The position numbers and the translations under genes are program-made. Source: Takakia lepidozioides (taxonomy: Eukaryota; Plantae; Bryophyta). From it: a stretch of 64,000 bases of DNA. Position 1 is the stretch's first letter. The number at the start of each line of letters is the position of its first letter. A model generated the notes under the pieces. It was given only the letters and a program-made list of their open reading frames with translations, ran no database searches and was not told the origin of the DNA. This document shows, piece by piece, positions 62,295-64,000 of this stretch. The stretch spans positions 92,442,001 to 92,506,000 of the forward strand of contig CM060731.1 of NCBI GenBank assembly GCA_030704615.1. Reading direction: 5' to 3'.

Positions 62295-64000
62295 CATCCA
62301 ATTTTGTTCATTGGGAAAAAGAAATCCTCTCATGGGTGAACGGCTATTGCACCCATTGAACGGATGTGGTTGAAGCCCAATTTTTGCCCACATGTGCTTG
62401 AATATGTGTGCAACACATGTGCGGAGATACAATAGAAGAAACAAACATTTGTCTTCCCAACGATGCGCTTACCTTCAACCAATTTAGAATTAAATTGAAT
62501 TGACAACCAACATGTAGCCTAGTGGTAATGGGCACATACCACGTTGGATGTGGTTGTGGGTTCAAACCATAGTCTGGAGTGTCATGAAGGTGTCCACCTT
62601 CCTAGCGGAAGGCAGTAGCCCTTCGGGGTGAAGTGACTCCATAAGTTACGCTTCCTTCGAGAGGCGTCATACTTTACTTTTCTTTACTATACTTTAAATT
62701 GAATTTAAATAATTAGGTTTACACTGTCTTTGATTGGGGGTTTATGCTACGTAATGATTCTATTTTTGACTCAATTTGTTCTGTGGCTTCAACCCTCACA
62801 CCGCTACATCAGCCTTCACATCCAACAAAAAAAACATACCCACTTAGAAGACCTGCAAACAGTCTTCAAATCTACATACACACAAGCTGGAAGAGATAAT
62901 GTATTCACCAGAGTGAGGAATGACGACAATGTCTCCCAAGTCGGGGACTTCTCCACGTGATGCCATCATGTCCATGAAGCCTTCGTTCATTGTCTTGTGT
63001 TGGAATTAAGTAGCAACACCTCTGCCAGGGTTAGGAAGGGCCTCGTATGGCCGGTCACACTGAGCAGGCCCCTTTGACCCCCTTTGAGCCCTACCTTGTC
63101 CAGAAGCTGAAGTCTGAACGTGATTAGCCTCTTTTTCTTTTTCCTTCTTCTGTCCTTTTTCTTCGGGCTCTAACTCACCACCGGTTCCTTTGCTTTCAAA
63201 ACCCGGAGATCTCTCAATTGCAGCTGTCTATCTGTTAGAGGAGTAAGAGCCTCCGCATTGTCATTCAAGTGCCGAAGGACGTTCTCCTCCCATGGTGTTG
63301 ATTCTTTGGGGCAATTTAGGTACCAGCCACAGTCTTTCAAATGAGATTTGCTCCAGTCCTCCAAAATACCGGCTGAGTACATAGTTGTGTCAGAATTTGT
63401 CTTTGCCCAGCTATCGATGAAGAATGGGTAGGAGCTCAGAAAACCGCCAGGCGAAAGCACTCCGTGGATATACTTGCGATGAAAGCAAACAGAAAATCAC
63501 CAGAAGCCAATCACATACTGATATTAGAACATCCAGCATATCTATTCGTGTTGTGGAATAAACACATTGCAAACACAGGCTGGAATCATGCTTGCGTCAA
63601 CGCAAGCCTGATCCGAGGTTTGAGAGAAGTCCCCTCACCCACACTGCCCACTGTCCGTATTCATGCTTTCGTCAACGCAAGCATGAATACGCATGTTGCA
63701 TGAATACATGGTGGAAATATTACATAAAATTCCACTCTTGGTCAGGCTTGCGTTAATGCAAGCCTGAACCCTGGTCTGAAACCAGTCCCCTTTCCTACAT
63801 TCTTTCCCCAATCCAAGGAAAAGGCAAACCCTAGGTCTCACATCCCAGGACTTCAAGGACTCCAAAAAGGGGGGCTGCTATTTCATGAGTGGCATGAGCA
63901 TGAGCGGAAAAAAAAAACATGAGCGGACCATTGTGTGTCCACGGAAATAGGGTCATGTGAAGTTGGAATGTGGCACCAGTGGACTCGTCATAGCAATGAA

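Noticed and set aside
62950-63460. Minus-strand coding-like fragment (PFFIDSWAK..PWEENVLRHL)
   Set aside because: Several stops and no recognisable family; cannot be called without a search.

Overview
Eukaryotic land-plant nuclear DNA, probably a bryophyte or other early-diverging land plant (inferred from the PLS-DYW PPR style, GT-AG introns and TE content). The left third holds two apparently intact spliced genes: a 9-exon CCCH/LOTUS/RRM RNA-binding protein that, when spliced by hand, ends in a C3HC4 RING finger, and a 6-exon conserved plant protein with a young LINE in intron 4. It also holds a PPR-DYW pseudogene whose 5' end is inverted. From about 21.6 kb the window is a nested, rearranged transposon cluster that can largely be rebuilt from target-site duplications (TSDs). 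An old Ty3/gypsy integrase was hit four times within about 80 bp (a CACTA, two Mutator-like elements carrying hairpin arrays, and a chromovirus). Later inversions split the chromovirus, one Mutator-like element and probably a CACTA. The two most novel-looking systems are (i) an LTR retroelement with three tightly packed, divergent paralogous small ORFs between its PBS and gag (44.7-45.7 kb) and (ii) a CACTA transposon whose first exon can be spliced either to the Tnp2 transposase or to a SET-domain exon (52.5-54.3 kb). All calls are by eye; no database searches were run.
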